This document shows positions 12,501-25,469 of a DNA stretch of 64,000 bases, piece after piece. Each line of letters opens with the position of its first letter. Position 1 is the first letter of the stretch. Position numbers and translations under genes: made by a program. The notes below the pieces were generated by a model. It saw nothing but the letters and a program-made list of their open reading frames with translations, ran no database searches and had not been told where the DNA came from. The stretch is taken from assembly GCA_003427395.1 (NCBI GenBank), contig BFEA01000033.1, positions 1,065,233 to 1,129,232 on the forward strand, given 5' to 3'. The DNA is from Chara braunii. Its lineage: Eukaryota; Plantae; Charophyceae.

Positions 12501-13029
12501 TGTATTTCTTTACATGGCGAGCGAACGCGGGGGCACTCATACAACAATGAGCCAAGCTGCTTTCCTTACCAGATTCATGGAGTAGGCGGATTTTTTTCTT
12601 TGCACCCTGCAGACTTGGGAGCCAACACTCATGATCCCTTAACTTTATATCCGCATCTGCAGCTTCACCGCAATCCATGCCTAAAAGAATATCAAAAGGG
12701 AGACTATCTTCCACCAAGAGAGTCAGAGAGTGGAGAACGTGTTCCACCTTCCCCTCTACTTCGAGCCGGAAGTATGTCTGGACCCCTTCAACATATCTAT
12801 CCATTACGGTCTCAGTACTATTTGCTAATTTATTGACTACGGGCTCATCCAACTGTTTGACCTTTAGCCCGAGACGCAGCTTTTGCAATCCTTTCTTACT
12901 AATATAGTTGCGTGTTGACCCACTGTCAATCATACCGCCTACTCTTACTTTATTGACTTCTAGATCTTCAATAATTAGCTGCCCTCTCTGTTTTTTCATT
13001 TCGACCCAGGCTTTGCGACGAGTGGCCAA
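9560..13029 (-). pseudogene. pol: Disrupted pol (aspartic protease, RT, RNase H, integrase, chromodomain)
   Basis: MIDSGST protease; YLDD RT; TTDAS and DHWRHYL RNase H; H..GHFG..C..C and IDF..VIVDRYSK..SDRD..TEQMN integrase; YDVDRII..YKVRF chromodomain; several stops and frameshifts. Confidence 0.95.
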
Positions 13030-13199
13030 CTCATTACCTATGCATGCGAGGGATCCACTTAGAGAGGTATATACACTAACTACCTCTGGACAACTAACTA
13101 GGTGGGGGTTGCTTACCTTTCCAGCTTCTGCCAGTGAAACCTTCGGATGGGAGGATGTCTGTCTATTTACATCCGAAGTTCCTGTAGAGGCAACTGAGA

Positions 13200-15010
13200 C
13201 CCTACTGCCTGTTCCCTTTTGGTACCTTATAATCTAGGCAATAGGGAACAATGTGGTTGGGGTCACCACATTTAAGGTATTGGTCGGCAACTTTCCTTTC
13301 TTGCCAGACTTTCTTTGTAATCCCCAACTTTTCCCAAGGTCTGCCTTCCGACAAACTAGGATGGGGTGGATATGGTTTATCCCAATTCCCATACCATGTA
13401 CCTCGTCCTCTACCCCAAGTGGAGTTGAAACCTCGAGCACATTGCGAGGAACCATTGCCCCTTCCACCCATGTAGTAGCTACCTTCGCCACCACCCCTCT
13501 GGGTGTTGGTCCTCTTCCTGCATGTCCGCGGCCTCCTCTTCCTCAGCCACGACCTCTTCCTTGTCGCTCTCCCCTGCGGGCTGCAACGGCCGCGTAGTCC
13601 CCCTCCTGGACTACCGAACCGTTGGATCCTCCCTCCATACCGTAATCTATTTGATCATAGGAGAGAGTTTCAACACCTCCTTCTTCAAAGGTCAGAAGGA
13701 GGTTGTCTTTCCCAGGTATATACCCTGAGATGGTGCGGTTCTGCCACTTCTTTCCCGCTTGCAGATCTTTCTAATAATGACAGTAGTTAGCTTCAGTTAA
13801 GAAGCCAGCATGATCTATGGCGATCTTGATGAATTTCTCATATGTCATTCCCTCCTCCTTGGTACGGGGATATAACTGAGTGCGGAGAGGATCGGGTAGT
13901 GCCCTAGCGAAGTTATTTAGAATCTGCGTTGGAGTAAGTCCGTGCTCAGCGCATTGCAAAACTTCATCCATAGTTGCTTTAAGGGCGGACACACTTTTCC
14001 ATTTTCTGTCTGGAACGTTTGATATTAGCATTTCGGTTCTGCGAGCCAAATTTTTATCTTCAAATCTTTCTCTAAAAGCTTTGAAGAAATCTTTGATTCG
14101 TGTTTGCTGGGAGTATTCAACAATTGTCTCACAATTGACTTCTTTTTACAGCGATATGGCGAAGCTCATTGCATCGCCGGTCATGCACGAAGTGGCCATT
14201 AAGACCCTGTCCTAATATGGAATGCGCTATCCATACACGTAAGATTCTACCGCAGCAATCGCGTGCAACACACTCTCCTCCTTCTTGTCGGTGTATGTCC
14301 ATGACGCCCTTACTTTGATCTTTCGGACTTCCCCTACATCTTCTTGTAGCACACCCTTCTTCTTCCTATCTCCGTCTCCATCATCTTTTCCATCTCCTCC
14401 AAGTTGTTCTTCGGTTGCTGTTTGTTTTTCTTTCTGCACCTGTAACTCTCTTTGCAACCTTTCTCCTTTTGCTTGCAATCTTTTCCTTTCTTCAAGATCT
14501 TGTCGTTTTGCTGCTAACATTTTAGTGTTGCAACTCTGCTCGTTTTTCTTCCAGTAAAAGTTCCCTTTCCCTTTTATCTTTAATTGATGCCAATTTTGCG
14601 ACAAAAGTGTCCCTTTCTTCCTCTGTCTCTTCAGTCCTGTCACCGGAGTAGCTGTACTAGTCATACCAGTTTAAGGGACTGACCTGTATACTTAACCCAC
14701 TTGTATGACTGCTTTCGCCCCTTTCAGTTCGATGTCTGATGAGTCTGTCATCAACAGGTTCATCTTCTTCTTCTATAGTCTTTAGTTTTTCCTGCAATTT
14801 TTTTCCTAACTTTTCTTTCAACTCCTTTTTAATCCTTTCTTCTTCTAGCTGAGTTTTCTTTCTCAACTCTTCTTTTTTCTGCTTCTTTCTATCTTCTTTC
14901 TATCTTCTTTCTCTTTCTTTCTCTCGGCCTGCCAGCGTTCTACTTCAGCCTGTTCTGCAACCGAGGGCCCTGGCTTCACATTGCTTGATCTCATCATCAT
15001 ACGGGAGGTA
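13200..15010 (-). pseudogene. gag: Disrupted gag
   Basis: Coiled-coil K/E-rich N-part, capsid-like fragments, degenerate zinc knuckle (YLKCGDPNHIVPYC) just upstream of the protease. Confidence 0.8.
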
Positions 15011-16013
15011 CATATCCTCCCAAAACCCAGGGGAAAGAAGATTATGAACAGTGGCCCCAACAATACTGAAAGGACCAACAATCCCTGCATGGGATAATCA
15101 TCCATGGTGGGTGACAGCACACGGGAAACCTCCGCTAGCCCACCAAGTGACCAACCCAGATATTTACTTTGTCTAATCTAACGTGGATGGGATATGCTCC
15201 GTATATTTTTTTTTTTAAATGTTTGGATGTTGCTGCTTTGGAGTACCGAATGCAACTTGTACCTCTTTCTTCAACTCAAGATACAATAGGACTTTTTTTT
15301 TTTTCTTCTGTATTCACTGTCTGCCTTTTACTTAATTACCTTCTTTTCCTTCCTTTCGTTGGTCTAGTTGTATCCCTGTTCCCTTTCTTTTTATTATTGC
15401 TAATACCTCTGGTTTGTTGCGCAAGTACAAGTTGGAGTCCTCACAATGTCAGATGCAGGGGATGATCCTCAACGCAGATCACTTTGCCCAACTAAATTAT
15501 GTCGTATGCCTCTAGTGCGATCTGACGTGGCACTCTGCCACTATTCCCCAACCTACTCCTATCTTTAATAGCTCCTATAGCGCAAATGTCAGATCAGATG
15601 TCAGAACAACAGGACCAGACAAGGACTGACGTGCCCAGTCACTTGAGTCCTGACTTTCATACCAGACCAGCTCGAGTGTAGACCAGACAGCAGAACTGAC
15701 CACCAGAGAGGAGGGGAAGTAGAGGTATTCGGCATACTCTACATGCAGCAAGGTAAGGGTAAGAGGTTCTTCTCTCTTCTGAAGTCGTCGATGAAGTCCC
15801 CTCGTTCGCTCCATGCTCCACGCTCCACGCGCAGGTAAGATCTCCCTCCTTAGCCCCTTCCTCTTCGGCTACCTTCTCCCTCCTTATCCCAATCCACACA
15901 CCTTTCTCAACCTTACACCATCGCCAGCATCTTCAAGCCAGCGCAGTCTCCTCGCCAGCCTTACTCATGCCAGCGCTTCAGTGAGCGCAACAAGTTCTGC
16001 TCCGATACCAAAT

Positions 16014-17108
16014 TGCAAGGAACCTGACAGTTCACAACTTGCTGGAGTGTAACACACTGCATGCATAGACATCATTCACATAGATAGAGAAGCTTCACAC
16101 AAAGCCAAGTCGAGATAAGATGAGAACCAAGGTAGTGCAACCCTTATTATCACAACCACATCATACAAAGAGTATCTCGAGTCCAAGAGTTCAGCGCCAA
16201 TAGAATACAAGTCTCTCTCATTCAATCATCAGCGTGGGGCCTGGCTCAGCTAGCATCTGCCCTCAGATCACAGGTATGGCGCCAACGGGTAAGTATCCAC
16301 CATATCCAACTCTCAACCTGTCTTCTCTCTCTCACTCTCTCGAGATCCCTGTCTTGGTTCCCTTGTCTTACTCTGCATGCTCACTCCCTACTGATGAGGA
16401 TTTACTATGAATGCTACTCACTAATGTCTACTACTAACCCCTCTACTTGTACTAACCAAGCTGGCGCAACTATGGCTGCTTCTGCCAGTCAGCGCCCAAC
16501 CTCTTCTTCTTCTGCTTGCGCAGCTTCCAGCCAGCGCATTCTCCCTGCATGCTAGCGCACAAGTGCTTCAGCACTTCCACGCATCTATGCCGGTGGAGAT
16601 TTGTCGTGTGGGGAGGTTGGCGTGGTCTCTTATAGTGCTGGCCTCCCTTCGCGAGGTCTGAATCAGTCTTCCTTGGGTCTTTCCCCAGTCCCAGACCACT
16701 GCAGAATGTGTCCTAGTACCTTTCCCTCGGGGTCTGCTGCTGCTGCGGACTTTGGGTCTGAATCTGGACTGCCTGTTAGACTTTGACTTGGACTGGGACT
16801 CTACCCCATTGACTTCCATTCGAACAGACACAACTTTTGCACAAACAGACACATCTACTGCACGAACAAACATGACTTACACAGCCCCTTGGACGAACAG
16901 ACGTGACTCCCACAATTGAATGCTGCAACTGTTCGTCCTGGGGCACAACTGTGACCTTTGACACAACTCCTCACTTCAGTTAGGCCGTGACTTTTGACCC
17001 AGAGAACATGTCTTTTGTTATGCTTTTCACGAGTTGGGTTCTGGCTGAGTAGGCCCCATTATGCTGCATTCGGCATTCAGGGTCTGAACGGGTAAAGGCC
17101 CTTTTACA
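16014..17108 (-). repeat. 5' LTR
   Basis: tgcaagg...ttttaca (TG..CA), 3 nt from the PBS. Confidence 0.95.
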
Positions 17109-18197
17109 ATGAAACATGTCCAACCATAAAAAAGGAGAATAGCTTCCTAGTGCAGTCCGATCCTAACCGCTCAAATCTGCCAGGACAGAGAGCTAGCAAG
17201 ACCGGAAAGTGTGTTGTTTTAGAAGGACCCGCAGATTCTCTCTCTGATTCCCTCCACGAATTATCATAAACCATCCATAAAACAAAAGAAGCAGAGATAG
17301 GCAAGATAGTAAAAAGTGCAAGCTTGGGCACGTTCGTGTGGTTCAGCGCCAAGTGCCCACACACCCGTCGACATTTTTATTTTTTTCATAGTCCATAAAG
17401 GGTGGCAGGGCAAAAGGCACTTACCTAAGACAAACGACTCCTCCAGCAAAAAGTCACCGACCCAACCCTCCAAAGGTCTGAAAAAACTTGGAGAGCCTTC
17501 TGCATCGGCCCACAAAACCACGAACTCAATTACACAAAAACAACACAAGCGCAACAGCATTGGCACTACTTTCATCCCAAACTACCAATTCACGTCACTA
17601 CCAAAGGGGTGGAAGGTAAAAGACAACTTACCTAGGACAGAAGACTCCTCCAGCAAAAAGAACACTGACCCCACCTGCCTAAGATCCGAAAAAAAACTCG
17701 AGAGCCTTCTGCGTCGGCCCACAAACATTCCCCCCCAAAAAAAACTTGTGGCCACCCATAGACATCCAAACAGCCCGTGCTCTAAAGCAGGGCAAAGAAT
17801 TATGCCTTGTATAATAAACAAAAACCACGAAACACGAGATCCAACAGCTTTTCCCCATGGTCTGGGGGGGAGCTGAGGGCTGGCAAGTTTACTCCCATGA
17901 CCCTTATAGTGGCTTCCTTGGGCTTCCAGTCCACGCACAGTGTGGCAAGTGGTGAGTTGTCAGCATTGCTAAGCCACCATCCTTCTGTCTTCATTCCCCA
18001 ATCGACTCTCATGTCGGCCGCTATTTCAAACAGATGGATTGTGCGTGCCAACGCTTAGAGGCTGGCGGGGGTGACTCTGTATGCAGAAAATATGGTCAAA
18101 CATCTTTGCATGTGTTTGGAAAAACGGGATTTGAACCCAAACGTGAAGGGTGTCCTGAAGTGGTGATGAAAAATACGACTGTTGTTAACCTTCTCTC
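17109..18197 (-). mobile_element. Probable LINE 3' remnant (ORF2 tail plus 3' UTR-like repeat)
   Basis: Peptide IAADMRVDW resembles EIQADWRW at the end of the LINE at 25.9-26.0 kb; 17208-17830 is duplicated at 7665-8381. Confidence 0.4.
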
Positions 18198-18658
18198 CTG
18201 AGATCTTGATCATCCCCTAGCAGCAGCACTGCAGATCCAGGGTGTGTTGTGTGAGCAGACCCTCACCACTATAGAGCAGCCCCTGATCACGGGGTCTTCA
18301 CGGTCTACAGCAGACTGCCACATGACACTGTAGATGCCCATGGGCGCAGGCAGCAGCAGCCATGGTGTCTCCTCACCGCCGTGGCGCGGGGGAGGGGGGG
18401 GGAAAGCAAATAGTTGCCTGCCCGCTGCTGTCGACAGGGGGAAGGGGGAGGGGGGGTTAAATAGTTGTCGTGCACTTCTTCAGCACCAACAAGCCATAAT
18501 ATTAGCCCAAACTGTGGTTTGTGGCCAGTGTGTTAAGGCATTGGCTACGCACGAGCATGAGTGGCAGCTGCCCAGGTGCAAACCTTGGCAGCAGCAGCAT
18601 CCCGGATCTTGATAATAAATAATCTGGGAGCGGGGCGGGGCAGCGTGGGCACGTGGCG
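18198..18658. repeat. Dispersed repeat, copy 2 of 624-1070
   Basis: See copy 1. Confidence 0.8.
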
Positions 18659-20941
18659 GTTCTTCACCTACCCGATTTTGATCGCCCTTTTATCCTTACC
18701 ATGCGTCAGACTTTGCTGCAGGAGCAGTGCTTTCTCATATTTCCCCCTCCTCTCCTGATTCCTCTCATCCTCGCATCCCTCGCTTCCCACCCCCTACCCC
18801 TACCACTGCTTCCCGCCAGATGCCTACTCGTCCAGCTACTGACGAGCCTTCTATTGACTATTCTCCTACCATCGCCAAGGACAGCACTATTGAGTCTCGC
18901 TCAGGTGATTGTCTGATAGCCTTCTACTCCCGCCAACTCTTGCCTGCCGAAATAAACTACACCGCTGATGAACGTGAGGTTCTCGCAGTAGTTTATACTG
19001 CTCGGCACTAGCGTCACTACCTGCACGAGGCACCATTCACGTGCGCACGGGCAACTCTGTTGTCCATACTTTTCTTACAAAGCCGAAGCTTACTCCTCGA
19101 CAGGCTCGCTGGTGGCGCGACCTACCCGAGTTTAGTTTCACCACTGAGCACATGAAGGGTGAGACTAATCGGGTCGCAGATGCCTTATCCCGACGCCCTG
19201 ACCATGATTAGGAGCAGATCGAGCTCACTGCCATCTCGGTCACCACCTTCCACCACTCGATGATCGACGAGTTTCGCACTCAGTACCGCCACTGCCCCGA
19301 CTATCGCGACATCCATGCGACCCTTCGGAGTGGCAAGGCCGTCCTGAACTACTCTCTCGGGGAAAACGGTCTTGTGTACTGACACGGTTCACAAGGCACC
19401 AGAGAGCCCCGTATTTACGTTCCCTCCACTGGAAAGCTACGTGTCCGGGCAGTAGCAGAGTTCCATGACTAGGCAACCCCGGTCATATGGCTTCCACAAG
19501 TCGTTGGCTCGTGTGAGCCGCCTGTACGTTTGGCCAAAGCGCAAGGACTTCGTGAAGGACTACATCGCAGAGTGTCCCACCTGTCAGGAGGTGAACAGTG
19601 CGAACCACCTGCGTTATGGTTTGCTCCAGACTCTTCCTATCCCTGAGGGTCGTTGGCAGTCCATCTCGATGGACTTTATCGGTCCTCTGACCCCCTGCGT
19701 TCATGATGTTATCCTGGCCGTCGTCGACCGCTTCACGAAGCGCGCACACTTTGTTCCGTGCTGCTATGCCATCTGTGCACATGAGGTCGTTGACATCGTG
19801 TTTGACCGAGTCGTGCATAACCACGACTTACCTCTGAGCATCATATATGACCGGGAAGGTCACGAACAGGACTCTCGGAGAGATTCTCCGAAAGATTGTT
19901 CGTGACGACTAGCAGTGGGATCTCCATCTTGCCCACTTGGAGATAGCCTACAACCACGCCGTCTCGGCAGCCATGGGGATGTCGCCTTACTATTGCGACC
20001 TCTGCTATCACCCTCGTGTTCCGCGGACTTCCTTCGACCGTCATAGATGCACCCCGACACAAGTTGTCCCGCGCTGGATGATTGGGTTGCACACATGACG
20101 TCAATCATGAAGGTCGCACATGAGCACATAGCCGCTTCCCAGACTCGCATGGCAGCACGTGCGAACCGATCGAGGATGGATCATCCATTGAAAGTCGGTG
20201 ATGATGTGCTTATCGACGCCCGCCACTTACAACTCGAAGCGGACACACTTCGCAAGTTTCAGCGTCGCTTCTTTGGCCCATGCTGCATTCTTCAGACCGT
20301 CGGTTCTAATACGGCTTCTAGCCCGGTCAGCTTCCGTGTGAAGCTGCCCAACTACCTACGCCAGGCTCATATGCACGATGTCTACCACGTCTCGTTACTG
20401 CGGCCCTACCGTAGACCGTCTGAGTGTTTTGTTGGACGACCATACGAGCGTTCTCCACCCATCATGGTGAATGGCCACGAGGAGTTCCTTATTTCAGACA
20501 TCATTGGTCGTCGGGTCACCGACGACAACCCTCCCCATGTCGAGTATCTCGTACGTTGGAAGGGTTACCCTGATGAGGAGGCTACTTGGGAGCCCGTCGA
20601 GCACTTGCAGCATGCTCGTATGTTGGTCGGTGCCTATGACCGTGCTCGTTGTGCTGGGTTCCCGCGGTCCCGATTTTTAAATATTTTTTTTTCATATTAG
20701 ATAAATACAAAATAATATATATATATATATACATGGGGTTGTAGGGTTTAAAAATACCTACAACCCCATATATATATTCTTTGAATTATGAAGTGTTTTT
20801 CAATTTACAAAAATAGAAAACCAACAATTAAGTATTTTAGTAAAAAAAAAACGTAATAAAAAAAACGAATTTTTAATTTTTCGTGTGTGTGTATGTGTGT
20901 GTGTGTGTGTGTGTGCATGTGCAGGGGGGAAGGGCGACCCC

Positions 20942-20972
<31 letters not shown>

Positions 20973-21020
20973 AAAAAAAAAGTAAAAAAAAAAAAAACAG
21001 CGGGTTGGACTCGCGCACGC

Positions 21021-21090
<70 letters not shown>

Positions 21091-21093
21091 CTG

Positions 21094-21724
21094 NNNNNNN
21101 NNNNNNNNNNNNNNNNNNNNNNNNNNNNNNNNNNNNNNNNNNNNNNNNNNNNNNNNNNNNNNNNNNNNNNNNNNNNNNNNNNNNNNNNNNNNNNNNNNNN
21201 NNNNNNNNNNNNNNNNNNNNNNNNNNNNNNNNNNNNNNNNNNNNNNNNNNNNNNNNNNNNNNNNNNNNNNNNNNNNNNNNNNNNNNNNNNNNNNNNNNNN
21301 NNNNNNNNNNNNNNNNNNNNNNNNNNNNNNNNNNNNNNNNNNNNNNNNNNNNNNNNNNNNNNNNNNNNNNNNNNNNNNNNNNNNNNNNNNNNNNNNNNNN
21401 NNNNNNNNNNNNNNNNNNNNNNNNNNNNNNNNNNNNNNNNNNNNNNNNNNNNNNNNNNNNNNNNNNNNNNNNNNNNNNNNNNNNNNNNNNNNNNNNNNNN
21501 NNNNNNNNNNNNNNNNNNNNNNNNNNNNNNNNNNNNNNNNNNNNNNNNNNNNNNNNNNNNNNNNNNNNNNNNNNNNNNNNNNNNNNNNNNNNNNNNNNNN
21601 NNNNNNNNNNNNNNNNNNNNNNNNNNNNNNNNNNNNNNNNNNNNNNNNNNNNNNNNNNNNNNNNNNNNNNNNNNNNNNNNNNNNNNNNNNNNNNNNNNNN
21701 NNNNNNNNNNNNNNNNNNNNNNNN
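21094..21724. other. Assembly gap
   Basis: N run. Confidence 1.
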
Positions 21725-23273
21725 CCACAATTTTTTTCTCCCCCCTCTAACCCCCCCTTATTTGGACCCCCAGGTTTTTCAAGTTTTTCAATTTTTTCCT
21801 TTATGGGTGGGTGGGGCCCGGGTCGCGCCCCCGGAATCTCGACCCCAACTTTGGTCACCCCTCCCCCCATGCCCGCAGCGAGCCTTCCCCAACCGCGACC
21901 GCAGCGGTCATGACCGCGGCCTCGCGGCCCCGACCACAGGCCGCGATTATGCCCACGGTGACCGCGGCCACTGGGGATACATAGTCGTGCTGGGTTGACT
22001 GCTCCTCCTCAGCCCACTGACCCTCCTTCTCCCTCAACTGAGGAGACCGCTGAAGTCGAGCCTGCTCCATTTGAGGCAGACCTTCAGCAGCAGCCGGATG
22101 CGTCTGAGCGTCCACAACGCACTCGTTGTCGTTCCGCTCGATACGACGATTGACTCTAAGTCTCTGACTTATCTTCCCTCGTCTTTGACTTCTCAGAACT
22201 CCATCCACTCCAGTTTTGTCACTTCAGCTCGTCGACATTGCGACTCTTCCTCGACGACATTCTGGACTTCTCCTCATGAACGTTATTGGCAGCTTCATGG
22301 ACTTCGTCACGATCAGCTCTGCCTACTTCAGATGTCGTCACTCTCTTACCACCTTACCCTGTACAGTACCCTGGTTGTGTCGCATGATGGTCTCCCTTCG
22401 CCGGGTTCCTCTGAGTTGGGCTCTCCCTTGGTATACGCATAGGCATCGGGACAGTAGCGTCGCCTTGGCTTCCCAGCTTACGGATCCAGCTCCGACTTCC
22501 CTCACTTTAGGAGTCATTTGCATGATTCTCTTACCTATCACTTTTTCTACCCTCTCTCGGCCCTCACGCCCTAGTTAGGCAGCCTTGCATGCTTCATCTA
22601 GGTGCGCCCAGTATGCCAGGCTCCCTCATTCCCTTGCATGGTCGACCCTCCATAGCGGTCACCCCTTTAGTCGAGCATTACCCGCCCTGATGGTCTATAT
22701 GTTAGGGTAATTGGTTCTGTTCGCTCCCAGTTCCCTACCCTCATTCAGCTTGATGACATGTGTCTCCCTGTCATTATGTGTGGATACCCTTAGGAGTTTA
22801 TCGACCCCTAGGCTGCATTCTTCACTCTCAGAGATCATCCCACCCTTTGGTTGCGACACACTCCTCCTGTGACATATGGTTGTCTTGTTGTTGCTTTGAT
22901 GCTCTCAAACTGAGGCTACTGCCTCTGACATTTCTATGATTTAGTTGTTCTGTTTTTGCTGTTCTTAGGACTTACACACTAATCAGCTGTTTTCAGACTG
23001 AGGCTACTGCCTCCAACATTCTAGGATCTAGTTGTCATTATTTTCTGTTTTCCTGGGACATGTATACTAGTTAGTTGCTTGTGCTTTCACTTAGGCTGTT
23101 AGTGGTGACATTGCTGTTTCGTGACATTTTCTATCCTAGGTTGCATCGCATGGACTCAGCATGGAGCTTGCTCCGCATCCTAGAGTACTCGGGTTTTCTT
23201 CTTCTTTGGTCGATTTCCGCTTCTTGGCGGAAGCGTGATTCTATCTAGGCGATCCATCACAGGCCGAGGATTG

Positions 23274-23582
23274 TGTAGCGGACCTCTGGTTGGCCTGTGA
23301 GACCAGCCCCTTGGTCTGTTCTCACAGGCCCGTGTTGTATTCGGGGTAGTCCAGTCCAGGCCGGTACCTCTGTCGGTACCAGCCAGCCCAGTCCAGTCTA
23401 GTCAGTCCGCTGGGGTATACCCCAACTGTTGTCTGTTTTTGAGATCATTCTACATTGGCACATTTTGGAGTACGTGCGTTGGCGTCCAGCGTGGGAGCTG
23501 TGCTGTGCCATCTCGCTCCCCCTTCATCCTCCATCTCCATCTCTATCCCAGGCGGAGCACCACACCTGGTGGGTCCGCCACA
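23274..23582 (+). repeat. LTR (same family as 1302-1609, opposite orientation)
   Basis: TG..CA termini; collinear with the reverse complement of 1302-1609. Confidence 0.92.
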
Positions 23583-25260
23583 CTCACTGTGTAAAATCTC
23601 ATTTATGCCTTCCTGATGCGTCCCAACTTTCTCATTTTTCTGTTTGCACCGAACTTTGGTTTTGTCCTCCCCCCCTTCTGGCCTTCGCTTTCTTGAAGAA
23701 AGTCATTGTCATCATTGCTCATCAAGCCGTCGCCCGCGTTTCCTTGCTTGTATTCTCCATTTTTGTGCCTAGTCATCGTGGTAACAACTCATCTACCTAA
23801 GGGAGGTCGAATTAAAAAAGAAAGATCCCTGCAACATAAAACCCAACAAAACGGTGTGTACCGGGCTGAAGCGACGGCCTCCCGCCGTGGACCAAACTAG
23901 ACCCATCGGGTGCAACAACTAACTCTGTAAAATACATTTGGCCAATCTCATTCAGATTCTCACTGTGTAGAATCTCATTTATGCCTTCCTGATGCATCCC
24001 AACTTTGTCGTTTTTCTGTTAGCATCGAACTTTCAGGAATGAGTCGAGGCCCTGTTTTTTTTCATCGTATATATCTTGAAGGGCTTGGAGCACGTCCTCT
24101 TCTATGATAGGCACCTCCCTTGCCTCTCTGTCTTGTGTGGTCAACATGGACGGGAGGGCATTGAGAAGGGTATCTCTGGTGTCTTGCAAAGTGTGGGGCG
24201 GTCTGTGGTGGGCTTTGGATGTGAAGAGTCTTTGATAGTCTGCAGAGGCGTATTCTGCTATTTTGTAAGCATTCTCAGCCACTGGTTGGGTGTCATTAAA
24301 GGGATGTTTGAGGGATGATTGTGTACTTGTCTTCCTCTGGCCTTCACTTTCTGGAAGAAAGTCCTTGTCAACATGCCGTCAGCCGTGTTTTTGGAGATCC
24401 CTGCTTGTATTCTCCATTTTGTGCCTGGTCATCGTGGTAACAACTCATCTACCTAAGGGGGGTCGAATCAAAAAAGAAAGATCCCTGCAACATAAAACCC
24501 AACAAAATGGTGTGTACCGGGCTGAAGCAATGGCCTCCCGCTGTGGACCGAACTAGACCCATCGGGTGAAACAACTAACTCTCTAAAATACATTTTGCCA
24601 ATCTCATTCAGATTCTCACTGTGTAGAATCTCATTTATGCCTTCCTGATGCGTCCCAACTTTCTTGTTCCCCTCCCCCCCCTTCTGACCTTCACTTTCTG
24701 GAAGAAAGTCATTGTCATCATGCCATCGGCCGCATTTTTGGAGATCCTTGCTTGTATTCTCCATTTTTGTGCCTGGTCATCGTGGTAACAACTCATCTAC
24801 CTAAGGGGGTCGAATAAAAAAGAAAGATCCCTGCAACATAAAACCCAACAACATGGTGTGTACCGGGCTGAAGCGACGGCCTCCCGCCGTGAACCGAACT
24901 AGACCCATTGGGTGAAACAAATAACTCTCTAAAATACATTTTGCCAATCTCATTCAGATTCTCACTGTGTAGAATCTCATTTATGCCTTCGTGATGCGTC
25001 CCAACTTTGTCGTTTTTCTTTTCTTTTCTTTTTTCTTTTCTTTTTTTTTCTTTTTCTTTTTTTTCCCCAAAACCCTCCGGTGCTAGCGGTGCTGCTAGAT
25101 TTGCACCAAACTTTGTTTTTGTTCCCCCCCCCCCCTAAATTCTTTCAGGAATGAGTCGAGTCCCAGGGTTTTTTCATCGTCTATATCTTGGAGGGCATTG
25201 CCTCTCTGTCTTGTGTGGTCAACATGGACGGGAGGGCATTGAGAAGGGTATCTCTGGTGG
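23583..25260. repeat. Tandem array of ~350-bp units interspersed with LINE ORF2 fragments
   Basis: Three near-complete copies (~23740, ~24398, ~24745) plus a partial at 23583; 24019-24282(-) EVPIIEEDVLQALQ..KKQGLDS resembles the start of a LINE RT and is partly repeated at 25143-25259. Confidence 0.85.
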
Positions 25261-25469
25261 TCTATGTAGTCTTAGGAGTAGTGGTAGGAAAGTAGTGAAA
25301 GGCAAAAAGAATTTGAGAGAAGAACAGTGTAGTTTTACAAATTGAAAAAAAAAAAAAAAAAAAGCAATACAAACAACTTTGGCTGAGGGTCCCCTCGAAA
25401 TTCCTGTTAATTAGTTTTTTGAAGAAAAACAAATTAGAGAAAACATGAGTATATACCTTTTTAAACCCC

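Larger units (their letters stand above)
8382..17108 (-). mobile_element. Full-length but decayed Ty3/gypsy chromovirus
   Basis: Paired ~1.1-kb LTRs, PBS gctccgatacca at 15999-16010, purine-rich tract at 9498-9510, domain order gag-PR-RT-RNaseH-IN-chromodomain. Confidence 0.95.
18658..23582 (+). mobile_element. 5'-truncated Ty3/gypsy chromovirus (RNase H-integrase-chromodomain, long 3' region, 3' LTR 23274-23582)
   Basis: VLHLPDFDRPFIL, NYTADEREVLAVV, ECPTCQ, ISMDFI..VVDRFTK, EEFLISDII..YLVRWKGYPDEEATWEP; purine tract aggccgagga before tgtagcgg...ccgccaca; continuity across the gap is assumed. Confidence 0.85.

Noticed and set aside
20733-20769. 13-bp hairpin atggggttgtagg/cctacaaccccat as a Helitron end or terminator
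   Set aside because: Lies in AT-rich, low-complexity sequence near a gap; no CTRR end or second copy
20883-21998. Long ORFs spanning N-gaps and dinucleotide repeats (also 7370-7782, 28197-28505, 35247-35602, 37691-38793)
   Set aside because: Artefacts of Ns and microsatellites
21855-22578. Short ORFs in the gypsy 3' region as env-like genes
   Set aside because: Fragmentary, with no TM or recognisable motif
1302-23582. The two 308-bp LTRs as the ends of one element
   Set aside because: Opposite orientation and non-matching flanks (tgtgg versus ctcac)
23583-25020. CRISPR-like array
   Set aside because: Units are ~350 bp without short repeats separated by unique spacers; eukaryotic context with no cas genes
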